Below are positions 49,419 through 57,734 of a DNA stretch of 64,000 nucleotides, one piece after another. Every line of letters begins with the position of its first letter. Within the stretch, counting starts at the first letter, position 1. Source of the DNA: an uncultured SAR86 cluster bacterium (GTDB lineage Bacteria > Pseudomonadota > Gammaproteobacteria > Magnimaribacterales > D2472); the NCBI GenBank assembly GCA_902623685.1, contig CACNUQ010000002.1:101650-165649 (forward strand), given 5' to 3'. Below the pieces are notes generated by a model, which saw only the letters and a list, made by a program, of their open reading frames with translations, searched no databases and was not told where the DNA came from. The translations under genes and the position numbers were made by a program.

Positions 49419-49879
49419 TGCAGAGGCAAAACCCTTGACTTACCTCTATTCTTAATAATTTTTACCCTTTGCCCAACTGCAAAGCTATAATCACCCTCTT
49501 CCTGAATAATTGAGACTGTTTTTCCAGAATCTAAATCTAATAAAAGCTCAATTGCAGGTTTCCTAGTAGCTGCATCACCAACCTTTGAGCCAACAGCTGA
49601 ACCCACAAGGGCGCCCAAGACACCAGCAATATCAGACTCTTTTTCAGAATCAGTTACAGAAGATCCTGCGACACCACCAATGATTGCTCCCGCAACCGCT
49701 CCAGTATCTCCATCGCCAGATAAAACGACTCGATCAACAGAAACTACAGTCGCAAAAATAACTGTTTGCATTCTTTGCGCGTCTGTTCGATCGACCACTT
49801 CAGGCCTTAACGAACTATATGAGCAACCAACCATAAATAATGCGCAAGTAATCGCAACAATATTCTTAGACATTCTCAT
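49415..49879 (-). CDS. Glycine-zipper outer-membrane lipoprotein (SlyB-like)
   Basis: It has a lipobox (LFMVGC) and glycine-zipper stretches GAVAGAIIGGVAGS and GALVGSAVGSKVG. Confidence 0.6.
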   Translation of the reverse strand: MRMSKNIVAITCALFMVGCSYSSLRPEVVDRTDAQRMQTVIFATVVSVDRVVLSGDGDTGAVAGAIIGGVAGSSVTDSEKESDIAGVLGALVGSAVGSKVGDAATRKPAIELLLDLDSGKTVSIIQEEGDYSFAVGQRVKIIKNRGKSRVLPLQ

Positions 49880-50282
49880 TTTGTTTATTCTCCTGTTTAA
49901 AGTTCTTTTTTAATTCTTCACCTATTAAATAAAATTTTTTACCTTTGTGAAAACCATCTAAAAGCTCAACTTTATAAATTGCACCTTCAAATTTAAAATC
50001 AATTATTTTCACAGCATCATTCTTCTGCAATCTAACTAAATTTCTGGCATCCACTGAGGAAAAACGATCCCACATTTGAAACTCTCTACTCATATAGGTG
50101 TGATATGCATCGCTTGATAAAAAATAAACAACTTGTCCAGGCCCTGAGGATAAATTTGGAGAACCATTTTTTACCAAATACCAAATGCTACCAGTTTGAG
50201 GATAGTTAGATTCGCCCTTTTCTTCTGCCTGAGCAACAGATATGAGTAAAAAAATTCCTAGTATAAATATTTTTTTATTCAT
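49866..50282 (-). CDS. Hypothetical secreted protein
   Basis: The signal peptide is MNKKIFILGIFLLISVAQA. I chose the start at 50282 because the track's extension would overlap the MAPEG gene. I recognise no family. Confidence 0.4.
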   Translation of the reverse strand: MNKKIFILGIFLLISVAQAEEKGESNYPQTGSIWYLVKNGSPNLSSGPGQVVYFLSSDAYHTYMSREFQMWDRFSSVDARNLVRLQKNDAVKIIDFKFEGAIYKVELLDGFHKGKKFYLIGEELKKNFKQENKQNENV

Positions 50283-50331
50283 ATAAACTTTGACATTACT
50301 CAAGGTTAAAAGTTCATTTATTTTTTTGCTC

Positions 50332-50715
50332 TTATGAAACATAGGTATATATTCCCACAAGACTCATTATGAGCATAATTAACCACGTTCCAACTGCGCC
50401 AACGAGACGATAAGGAGTACTTTCACGAGAAATGGAAACTCCATAAGCATGTGAAATCCTTGCAAGAAAAAATAATGACCCGCAGAGATGCAGCATAGAG
50501 TCAGATAGATTTTGCATTTCAAGCAAGGCTAATAAAATTAATGCGAGAGGTGCATATTCAATCAGGTTCCCATGGGCACGAATTGATTGAAGCAATTTCG
50601 AGGACTCTCCCTCACCCGTCATTGTTTTGGTCTCAACTCTATTCATACCAACTTTAATTGCTAGAAAAATGGCGAGTATTGTCAACAAGGATGCGTATAA
50701 AAGTGTGATTTCCAT
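50332..50715 (-). CDS. MAPEG-family membrane protein (YecN-like)
   Basis: The 127-aa protein has 3-4 TM segments, with RAHGNLIEYAPLALILLALLE and FLARISHAYG resembling bacterial MAPEG proteins. Confidence 0.65.
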   Translation of the reverse strand: MEITLLYASLLTILAIFLAIKVGMNRVETKTMTGEGESSKLLQSIRAHGNLIEYAPLALILLALLEMQNLSDSMLHLCGSLFFLARISHAYGVSISRESTPYRLVGAVGTWLIMLIMSLVGIYTYVS

Positions 50716-50807
50716 AATTTATAAATTTCAAAAATTAAGATTAATCTTATCATGCAAAATATCTGATAATTTCTCAAATAATTAATTTTTCAACTAAAAT
50801 ATGTTGC

Positions 50808-51368
50808 ATGGAAGCAATGCAAAACATATTAACTAGAAATTCTCCCAGAGAATTAACGGAACCCTTACCTTCAAGCAAAGAAATGCAAGAAATTTATCAA
50901 GCTGCTTTAAGAGCACCTGATCATGCTTGGCTAAGACCCTCTCGCTTTATAGAGGTTACTGGCAAAGGTTTAGAAAAACTATCAAAGATTTTTGTTGAAT
51001 TTGCTAAAAATGAATTTAAAGATGTGACTTCAGATCAGCTGGAAAAATATAAAGCCGCTCCCTTCAGAGCACCCATGATAATTATACTGGTAACAAAAGT
51101 GTCAGAGCATCCAAAAGTACCAAAAATTGAACAAATGCTCTCAACAGCCACAGCAGCTGAAAACATCTTACTTGCGTTGCATGCAAAGAACTATGCAGGA
51201 ATGTGGAGAACTGGAAAATTCGCATTTAATAAAAAATTAGCTAAATATTTTAATTTAACTTCAGACCATGAAGTTATTGGGTATTTATATGTAGGAACTC
51301 CCTCAGGATCTGCAAAGAAAATACCAAAGCTTGATCTAGATAAATTTGTGACTCACTGGAACGAATAA
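50808..51368 (+). CDS. ydjA: NAD(P)H nitroreductase, YdjA-like
   Basis: ILTRNSPRELTEP, LRAPDH, APFRAPMIIILV, MWRTG and GYLYVGTP align with E. coli YdjA as I recall it. Confidence 0.75.
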   Translation: MEAMQNILTRNSPRELTEPLPSSKEMQEIYQAALRAPDHAWLRPSRFIEVTGKGLEKLSKIFVEFAKNEFKDVTSDQLEKYKAAPFRAPMIIILVTKVSEHPKVPKIEQMLSTATAAENILLALHAKNYAGMWRTGKFAFNKKLAKYFNLTSDHEVIGYLYVGTPSGSAKKIPKLDLDKFVTHWNE

Positions 51369-51383
51369 TTCTCTCTTTTCTGA

Positions 51384-51412
51384 CTTGAAATCCATTTAAA
51401 GATACTTATATA
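51384..51412 (+). promoter_or_regulatory. Candidate sigma32-type promoter of ibpA
   Basis: CTTGAAA at 51384-51390 is an exact -35. After 13-14 nt comes ACTTATAT, a weak AT-shifted match to CCCCATNT. Confidence 0.4.
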
Positions 51413-51417
51413 AATAA

Positions 51418-51498
51418 TGTAGATGCCATTAGGGTCTACATATATTAACCGCATACGCCATTTGGGTATGCACATTTAGTCGCTACTAAGGAGGACTA
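51418..51498 (+). promoter_or_regulatory. Three-hairpin 5' leader of ibpA (candidate RNA thermometer)
   Basis: The stems are TGTAGA/TCTACA (51418-51440), GCATAC/GTATGC (51451-51471) and TAGTC/GACTA (51477-51498). The third partly sequesters the AAGGAGG Shine-Dalgarno at 51488-51494. Confidence 0.35.
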
Positions 51499-51502
51499 TA
51501 TT

Positions 51503-51955
51503 ATGGTACTTAATTTTACCGATCCGTTCCTAACAACTCGTGTGTTAGGGTTTGAAAGCCTGTTTGATAGATTGCAGAGATTTTCTGAAACCACAGAAAG
51601 ATCCTCAAGCTATCCGCCATATAACATCAGAAGAGATCAAAACAAGATTTTTATTGATGTTGCAGTTGCTGGTCTCGCTAAAGAAGATCTCAACATTGAA
51701 TTGGCAGAAGGTGTATTAACCATTGAGCATAAAGGCCCAAAAGCTGAATTGCTAAATGGTGATAATGAGGTTGTCTATCAAGGCATAGCACAGCGAGCAT
51801 TCAAGCAACAATTTACTTTAGCTGAAAATGTTGAAGTTCATGGAGCTGAACTTACCAATGGAATGCTAACTTTAGAGTTAGAAAAAATCATTCCAGATGC
51901 TCAAAAGCCACGCATGATTGACATTAAGTCACCTAAGGTTTTAGGTAGCAAATAA
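51503..51955 (+). CDS. ibpA: Small heat-shock protein (IbpA/Hsp20 family)
   Basis: The alpha-crystallin domain includes YPPYNI, VAVAGLAKEDLNIELAEGVLTIE and NGMLTLELEK. Confidence 0.85.
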   Translation: MVLNFTDPFLTTRVLGFESLFDRLQRFSETTERSSSYPPYNIRRDQNKIFIDVAVAGLAKEDLNIELAEGVLTIEHKGPKAELLNGDNEVVYQGIAQRAFKQQFTLAENVEVHGAELTNGMLTLELEKIIPDAQKPRMIDIKSPKVLGSK

Positions 51956-51973
51956 CTCATTCATAATGTGATC

Positions 51974-51999
51974 GGGGAGCCTTGGCTCCCCTTTTTTTA
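51974..51999 (+). terminator. Rho-independent terminator after ibpA
   Basis: GGGGAGCC/GGCTCCCC forms the stem, followed by T7. Confidence 0.8.
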
Positions 52000-52014
52000 T
52001 TACAATGGTTTAAC

Positions 52015-53964
52015 ATGAGCATCATGAAAAATATCTTTTTGAGCTTTACAATACTTTTCAGCTCAATGCTTTTAGCAAATCCTGTAAATACAGGGCATGC
52101 AAAAGCTAGCTTAATTACTAATCTTCAAAGCTCAAACCAAGAATCATTTTATGTTGGCGTCCGACTTCAAATGCAGGATGGCTGGCATACCTATTGGGAG
52201 AACCCTGGAGATTCTGGCAGTCCCTTTGAAGCCAATTGGTCAACAGATGAAGGTGTAATAGTTGAAAATGTTCAATGGCCTACACCTATAACAATTCCTT
52301 ACCCGCCCCTAATGACTTATGGATATGAAGGCGATATTGTTTTTCCATTTCAAGTATTTCGCTCTCAAGAGACCGAGTTAAAAACTATAAGTGTAGATTT
52401 TAATTTTTTAATTTGTGCAGACATTTGTATACCCGAATCAGCATCATTGTCTTTAGACTTATCATCTGCTTCGCCGAGCAAAATTTTAGATAATCAAATA
52501 AACAATCTTCCAACTAAAACTATAAATACAAATAGCTCAATTGAAGGCGATAATCTTGTAATTAGCTTTCAATCCACTGAATCTTTTTCGAATGCATATT
52601 TATTTCCGCGTGAAAGTGGAAATTTTTTCTATCCAGAAAATCAACTACTTAAGCAAATCGATGATACCAACTATAAAATTTCAATACCTTTATTAGATTC
52701 AAAGCTTTCTGCATTTTCTGGAATTCTGAGTCTTGATGGCAATGGATTTCAAATCAAAGAGCAATTTTCATCTCAGGGAGGTATCAGCCTATGGCAAGCA
52801 ATTTTATTTGCTCTCATTGGAGGTCTAATTCTCAATTTGATGCCATGCGTTTTTCCAGTTATCTCATTGAAAGTTTTAAGTTTTGTTTCGATGGGTGGGG
52901 ATGATCATACAAAAATTCGAAATCATGCCTTAGCTTTTGTTGGCGGAGTTATGTCAACTTTTCTATCAATTGCTGCTGCACTCATAATCATAAGATCGAG
53001 TGGCTCTATGATTGGCTGGGGTTACCAACTTCAATCTCCTGTCGTGGTTGGAATTTTAACTTTAATCATGCTTGGTATTGGCTTGATCCTTTTAACCAAT
53101 ATAAATATTGGCGCAGGATTGACTACTTTAGGCAGCAGTGTGCAATCAAAAAATAGCTATTCTGGATCCTTTTTCACAGGTGTTTTGGCTGTGGTTGTTG
53201 CCTCACCCTGCACAGCTCCATTTATGGGTGCAGCCGTTGGCTATGCTTTGCTGCAACCGTCCTTTGCAACTTTGCCTATTTTCTTATCCCTGGGGTTAGG
53301 TTTTGCTGGTCCCTATGTTGTTCTTGCTTTGAAGCCAGAATGGATTAGTTCATTACCAAAGCCAGGTGCTTGGATGGAAACTTTAAAACAATTTTTTGCA
53401 TTCCCAATGATTGCTACTGCTTTGTGGCTAATGTGGGTTTTCATGGTGCAAACATCTGGAGATGCTTTAATTCAACTTCTAATATTAGGTCTTGTTTTAG
53501 GTGTCGCTATTTGGATGATTGCTACTTTTAAGGGTCGTTGGAAGTGGATTGGACTCATTACTACTGTAATTCTATCGATACAAATATTTAATAATTTACC
53601 AAGTCCTATCTCATCGAATCAAAATGATGCCGATGCAACTAATTGGAGCTTGGTGAGTGAATCTAATCTACAAGCAAATAATCAAGCTTATTTGATTAAC
53701 TTTACTGCAGCATGGTGTATTACGTGCCAAACAAATGAAAAAGCAGCTCTATCGCGTCCTAGTGTGCAAGAATATTTATTAACTCAAAATATTACATACA
53801 TAAAAGCTGACTGGACAAATAGAAATGAAGAGATAGCTGCTGGCTTAGCAAAATATAATAGATCAGGTATTCCGCTGTACATATTTTGGAAGCCAGGAAT
53901 GACAGAATCAAAAATCTTACCAGCCGTGTTAACCGAGGATATTTTAATAAGAAATCTAAAATGA
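52015..53964 (+). CDS. dsbD: DsbD-family thiol:disulfide interchange protein (N-terminal periplasmic domain, CcdA-like TM core, C-terminal thioredoxin)
   Basis: LNLMPCVFPVISLK and VVASPCTAPFMG carry the two TM cysteines, and FTAAWCITCQ is the C-terminal CxxC. I chose the ATG at 52015 because the track's TTG start lies inside the ibpA terminator. Confidence 0.8.
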   Translation: MSIMKNIFLSFTILFSSMLLANPVNTGHAKASLITNLQSSNQESFYVGVRLQMQDGWHTYWENPGDSGSPFEANWSTDEGVIVENVQWPTPITIPYPPLMTYGYEGDIVFPFQVFRSQETELKTISVDFNFLICADICIPESASLSLDLSSASPSKILDNQINNLPTKTINTNSSIEGDNLVISFQSTESFSNAYLFPRESGNFFYPENQLLKQIDDTNYKISIPLLDSKLSAFSGILSLDGNGFQIKEQFSSQGGISLWQAILFALIGGLILNLMPCVFPVISLKVLSFVSMGGDDHTKIRNHALAFVGGVMSTFLSIAAALIIIRSSGSMIGWGYQLQSPVVVGILTLIMLGIGLILLTNINIGAGLTTLGSSVQSKNSYSGSFFTGVLAVVVASPCTAPFMGAAVGYALLQPSFATLPIFLSLGLGFAGPYVVLALKPEWISSLPKPGAWMETLKQFFAFPMIATALWLMWVFMVQTSGDALIQLLILGLVLGVAIWMIATFKGRWKWIGLITTVILSIQIFNNLPSPISSNQNDADATNWSLVSESNLQANNQAYLINFTAAWCITCQTNEKAALSRPSVQEYLLTQNITYIKADWTNRNEEIAAGLAKYNRSGIPLYIFWKPGMTESKILPAVLTEDILIRNLK

Positions 53965-54593
53965 AAAATGTAATAACTAATTTATTATTTCTGATTTTTG
54001 CGAACTCTCTTTTTGCTGCAGAAATAATATTGCAAAACCCAGAAGTGAATAAAGAGGCGCCTCTTTTTTCTGTGATTGATTCTAATGGCATGCAAATCAA
54101 CTTAGCAGATTTTCGTGGCCAACCCGTAATTCTTGAATGGACCAACCATGAGTGTCCATATGTTGCTAAGCACTATTCAGAGAATAACATGCAGGCATTA
54201 CAAAAAACGGCTCAGAATAAAGAAATTGTTTGGCTAAGTATTATTTCCTCGACTCCCGGTGAACAGGGACATGTTGATGCAAATACGGCAAATAAACTTT
54301 CCAAAACAAGAGACGCCTACCCAACTCATGTTCTGTTAGATGAATCAGGTGAGGTTGGAATGAAGTATGGAGCTAAAACCACGCCTCATATGTTCATGAT
54401 TGATAGCAATGGAGTGCTCAGATACAAAGGGGCCATTGATGATGTAGGCAGAGGTATGCAATTCTTTTCTGCATCATTACAAGATGCTTTTAATTACGTC
54501 GCAACTCAGTTAGATGCATTGCAAGAAGCCGGTCAACTTCAAATAGGTAGCACCAATCCATACGGTTGCAGTGTGAAATATAATTACGATTGA
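53961..54593 (+). CDS. Secreted thioredoxin-fold redoxin (AhpC/TSA-like)
   Basis: The signal peptide is MKNVITNLLFLIFANSLFA. FRGQPVILEWTNHECPYV is a redoxin active-site region. An ATGA overlap links it to dsbD. Confidence 0.7.
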   Translation: MKNVITNLLFLIFANSLFAAEIILQNPEVNKEAPLFSVIDSNGMQINLADFRGQPVILEWTNHECPYVAKHYSENNMQALQKTAQNKEIVWLSIISSTPGEQGHVDANTANKLSKTRDAYPTHVLLDESGEVGMKYGAKTTPHMFMIDSNGVLRYKGAIDDVGRGMQFFSASLQDAFNYVATQLDALQEAGQLQIGSTNPYGCSVKYNYD

Positions 54594-55102
54594 AAGATAT
54601 ATTTATTCCATTCCATGTCTGGAAAATTACTCTTATCGATTTGATGACCTCGAATCAGGTGTTTTAAGGTTGGCTTTACAGGGTCAACTTTCGGTCGGAT
54701 ATCTTTATCGCTTTTTTGTAAGTTGCAGGTTTTACATGCTGTAACAACATTCTCCCAATTTGAGCCGCCATTCCTGCACTTAGGTACTACATGGTCCATG
54801 GTCAAATCCTTTTTTTCAAAAATATCAAAACAGTACTGACAAGTATAAAGATCTCTTAAAAAAACATTAGTTCTCGAAAATTTCACATAACTATGAAAAG
54901 GATGGTAGCTTTGTAACATCAAAATGCTTGGAACTTTCATCTCAACTGAAGGCGATCTTACGATCCAATCGGCGTGTTCTTTGATCACTATCACATCTCT
55001 GGTAATACTCAATTTAATGGCTGTTTTCCAATTTAAAACTGACAACGGCAGATAGCTAACCGGCCGGCCATTTCCATTAAGCAATAAACAATCTTGTGAC
55101 AT
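54584..55102 (-). CDS. HNH endonuclease-family protein
   Basis: CQYC ... DHVVPKCRNGGSNWENVVTACKTCNLQK is the HNH motif with its zinc-binding cysteines. Confidence 0.8.
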   Translation of the reverse strand: MSQDCLLLNGNGRPVSYLPLSVLNWKTAIKLSITRDVIVIKEHADWIVRSPSVEMKVPSILMLQSYHPFHSYVKFSRTNVFLRDLYTCQYCFDIFEKKDLTMDHVVPKCRNGGSNWENVVTACKTCNLQKSDKDIRPKVDPVKPTLKHLIRGHQIDKSNFPDMEWNKYIFQS

Positions 55103-55259
55103 AATTCAAATAAGTGCTAAATCATTACCTTATAAAAATCTTACATTAATTTGTACAAATAAAAACCCTATTTAAATTAGAATTTTGTGACAATCAATTC
55201 AAAAGATATATTTTATTATTGCTCTGAGATAATATAAGCCAAAAGTTTTTTGAAATTAG

Positions 55260-55964
55260 ATGAATTATCCAGCATTTCAAGTATTTGGCACTCAGCACAT
55301 CGTTACCTTGATGATATGCGCAGCTGCAATATATGCCTACATAAAATACTTTCAAAATCAGCCAACAGATAAAAGGGTTTTTGGCGGCAAATTAATTGCA
55401 GGCATCATAATCTTGCACATGCTCACACAGCCTTTTTACGATGTATATCTATTTGATTTGCCCTGGCAGGGAGAATTTCCTTTGCACATGTGTGATTTCT
55501 CAATGCTTGCCATGATTGTTTATTTGCTAAAAGATAATGCGCCAAAGATTCTCTTTAATTGCGCATATTTTTGGGGGATTTGTGGAGCAACGATGGCTCT
55601 AGCAACTCCAGATCTCGAATATGGCTTTCCTCATGGTGAATATTCGCCTTTCTTTTGGGGTCACAGTTTTATTATATTGGCTGTTCTTTATGTCGTGATG
55701 GTTTATAAAGAAAGACCATACCTAATAGATATTCTCAAGGTCATTGGAGTGACTTTAGTTTTATTGATTTTAGTCTATATTGCCAATCTTCTAATTGGCT
55801 CTCCAGCAAATTATTGGTATCTTGTTGATAGACCAGTTGATGGGACTTTAATGGATTATTTCCCTGACCCTCCATTGCATTTAATAGCTGTTATTCCATT
55901 GGCTGTGATTCTGTTTTATATTGCTTATCTGCCATTTCAAATTAAAGATAAACTAAGAAAATAA
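55260..55964 (+). CDS. Integral membrane protein, TIGR02206/YwaF-like
   Basis: It has about 7 TM segments, with an N-terminal FQVFGTQH and an FPLHMCD motif as I recall for this family. Confidence 0.5.
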   Translation: MNYPAFQVFGTQHIVTLMICAAAIYAYIKYFQNQPTDKRVFGGKLIAGIIILHMLTQPFYDVYLFDLPWQGEFPLHMCDFSMLAMIVYLLKDNAPKILFNCAYFWGICGATMALATPDLEYGFPHGEYSPFFWGHSFIILAVLYVVMVYKERPYLIDILKVIGVTLVLLILVYIANLLIGSPANYWYLVDRPVDGTLMDYFPDPPLHLIAVIPLAVILFYIAYLPFQIKDKLRK

Positions 55965-55972
55965 TAAGCTCT

Positions 55973-56956
55973 ATGAAACTTGAACCAAACGTGTGGTTTG
56001 ATGAAGTTGTTAAAACTTATCATCGTATTTCGCCCCATATACATCACACTCCCTTGGTGACTTGTCCTGATTTAAATGAGGAATTAGGCGGTACGTACTT
56101 ATTTAAATCTGAATCCCTACAAATAACGGGTTCGTTTAAAATCAGAGGCGCCCTATCTGCTATTTCAAGACTGTCAAAAAAAGAGCTTAAACGTGGAGTG
56201 ATTGCGTATTCATCAGGAAATCATGCCCAAGGGGTTGCCCATGCAGCAAAAGTCTTTAATACTCCAGCAACGGTGGTGATGCCAAAAGATGCCCCGGCGA
56301 GAAAAATTGCTAATGCTCAGTCTCTTGGTGCAGAAGTAATATTTTATGATCGACGCACCGAAAGCAGAGAGAAAATGAGTGTGGAAATAGCCAAAGAAAG
56401 AGATTTAGTTATTATCAATCCATACGATGCTTTAGCTACTATCTATGGCCAAGGAACAGCTGCATACGAAGTCATTAATGATGCAAACAATCCTAAGCTT
56501 GATAATGCAATTATTTGTGCAGGCGGCGGTGGACTGACTGCAGGCTCATGTATTTCAATCAAACACATCAATCCTGAGTGTAATGTCTTTACTGCAGAGC
56601 CTGAAGCTTGGAACGATCATCAATTGTCTTTTGAAAAAAATGAAAGAGTTGCCATGGATACTAATCGAGGCGGACTCTGTGATGGATTGTTAACTCCTAC
56701 TCCAGGAGAGATACCCTTTGCGATCAACACTCACTTTGGTGTTAAAGGTTTAGCAGCCTCTGATCAGGCAGTCTGTGAGGCCATGCGTTTTGCCTTTAAT
56801 CGACTTAATTTAAAGCTTGAGCCAAGCGGTGCCGTTGCTTTAGCTTGTCTGCTACAAAATAAAGAACGATTTCAAGGCACAAGAACTTTGGTGATGCTCT
56901 CAGGTGGCAACGTAGATCAAAAAACTTTCACTGATTGTTTAGCCAGAGCTAGTTAG
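55973..56956 (+). CDS. PLP-dependent threonine/serine dehydratase (serine-racemase-like)
   Basis: SLQITGSFKIRGA carries the PLP lysine, with SSGNHAQG and a GGGGL phosphate loop. It lacks the regulatory domains of IlvA. Confidence 0.8.
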   Translation: MKLEPNVWFDEVVKTYHRISPHIHHTPLVTCPDLNEELGGTYLFKSESLQITGSFKIRGALSAISRLSKKELKRGVIAYSSGNHAQGVAHAAKVFNTPATVVMPKDAPARKIANAQSLGAEVIFYDRRTESREKMSVEIAKERDLVIINPYDALATIYGQGTAAYEVINDANNPKLDNAIICAGGGGLTAGSCISIKHINPECNVFTAEPEAWNDHQLSFEKNERVAMDTNRGGLCDGLLTPTPGEIPFAINTHFGVKGLAASDQAVCEAMRFAFNRLNLKLEPSGAVALACLLQNKERFQGTRTLVMLSGGNVDQKTFTDCLARAS

Positions 56957-57686
56957 CAGAATCTTCACTTTCTTTTTGTAGCAGATCATCTATCCCAGTT
57001 CCACCAGTCATGACATCCACAATGACACCTATGACCATGTTAAGCAAAATCACAGCATTAATGATGATGAAAGAAACAAAGAAAATCCATGCATAAGGAT
57101 AGACTTCTATCACATTGCCCATGATGGCAGCCCAATCATCGTAAGTGGCGACTTGAACTAGTGTGATTAAAGCAAGACCTATGTTACCCCAATTTTCTGG
57201 GTCAACTTTGCCAAAGAACATGGTGCCAATGGCGCCCCAGACATACATGAAGATAAACATTAATAAAGCTATAAAGCCAACTCTCGGTATCGTTTTGACT
57301 AGAGAGTCGATGATGTGACGGAAAGCTGGGACCACTGTGATAATTCTTAAGACCCTAATAATTCTTAACAACCTTGCCACAAAGACACTTTCAACATTAT
57401 TGATTGGAACCAGTGAAATGGTAACAATTAAAAAGTCGAAGATATTCCATCCATCGCTAAAGAATTTTTTTAATGACTGCTCAGAAATCATGCGAATGAT
57501 TATTTCGATCAAGAAAAATAAAGTGATCGCATAATCAAATAAATCAAGATAAACAGTGTATTCAGGTGATATGTCATAGGAGCTAACTCCTGCATAAATA
57601 GCAGAGGCAACAATCACAGCAATTACTATGCTGCTAAAGACATTACTATTTCTAATTTTTAGAAAAAATTCTACAAAACTGTTCAT
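56949..57686 (-). CDS. Single-domain voltage-gated cation channel (BacNav/NaChBac family) with an atypical TYDDW filter
   Basis: It has a 6-TM layout. S4 reads RLLRIIRVLRII, with Arg at every third position. The pore helix and filter read LITLVQVATYDDWAAIM. Confidence 0.8.
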   Translation of the reverse strand: MNSFVEFFLKIRNSNVFSSIVIAVIVASAIYAGVSSYDISPEYTVYLDLFDYAITLFFLIEIIIRMISEQSLKKFFSDGWNIFDFLIVTISLVPINNVESVFVARLLRIIRVLRIITVVPAFRHIIDSLVKTIPRVGFIALLMFIFMYVWGAIGTMFFGKVDPENWGNIGLALITLVQVATYDDWAAIMGNVIEVYPYAWIFFVSFIIINAVILLNMVIGVIVDVMTGGTGIDDLLQKESEDSAN

Positions 57687-57734
57687 TATTGCCCCTCATG
57701 ATAAAGATAAGTATATTTTTTACAACCAATAAAC

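Noticed and set aside
50737-50748. AAGATTAATCTT palindrome between the divergent MAPEG and nitroreductase genes
   Set aside because: It is a short (12 nt) AT-rich palindrome with no adjacent regulator gene, so it is not distinguishable from chance.
54584-55102. HNH endonuclease, considered as a remnant of a restriction, defence or mobile element
   Set aside because: It has no partner methylase, no ATPase or other defence gene, no repeats and no integrase nearby. The family of small standalone HNH proteins is widespread in chromosomal contexts, and its flanking genes are ordinary redox and membrane genes.
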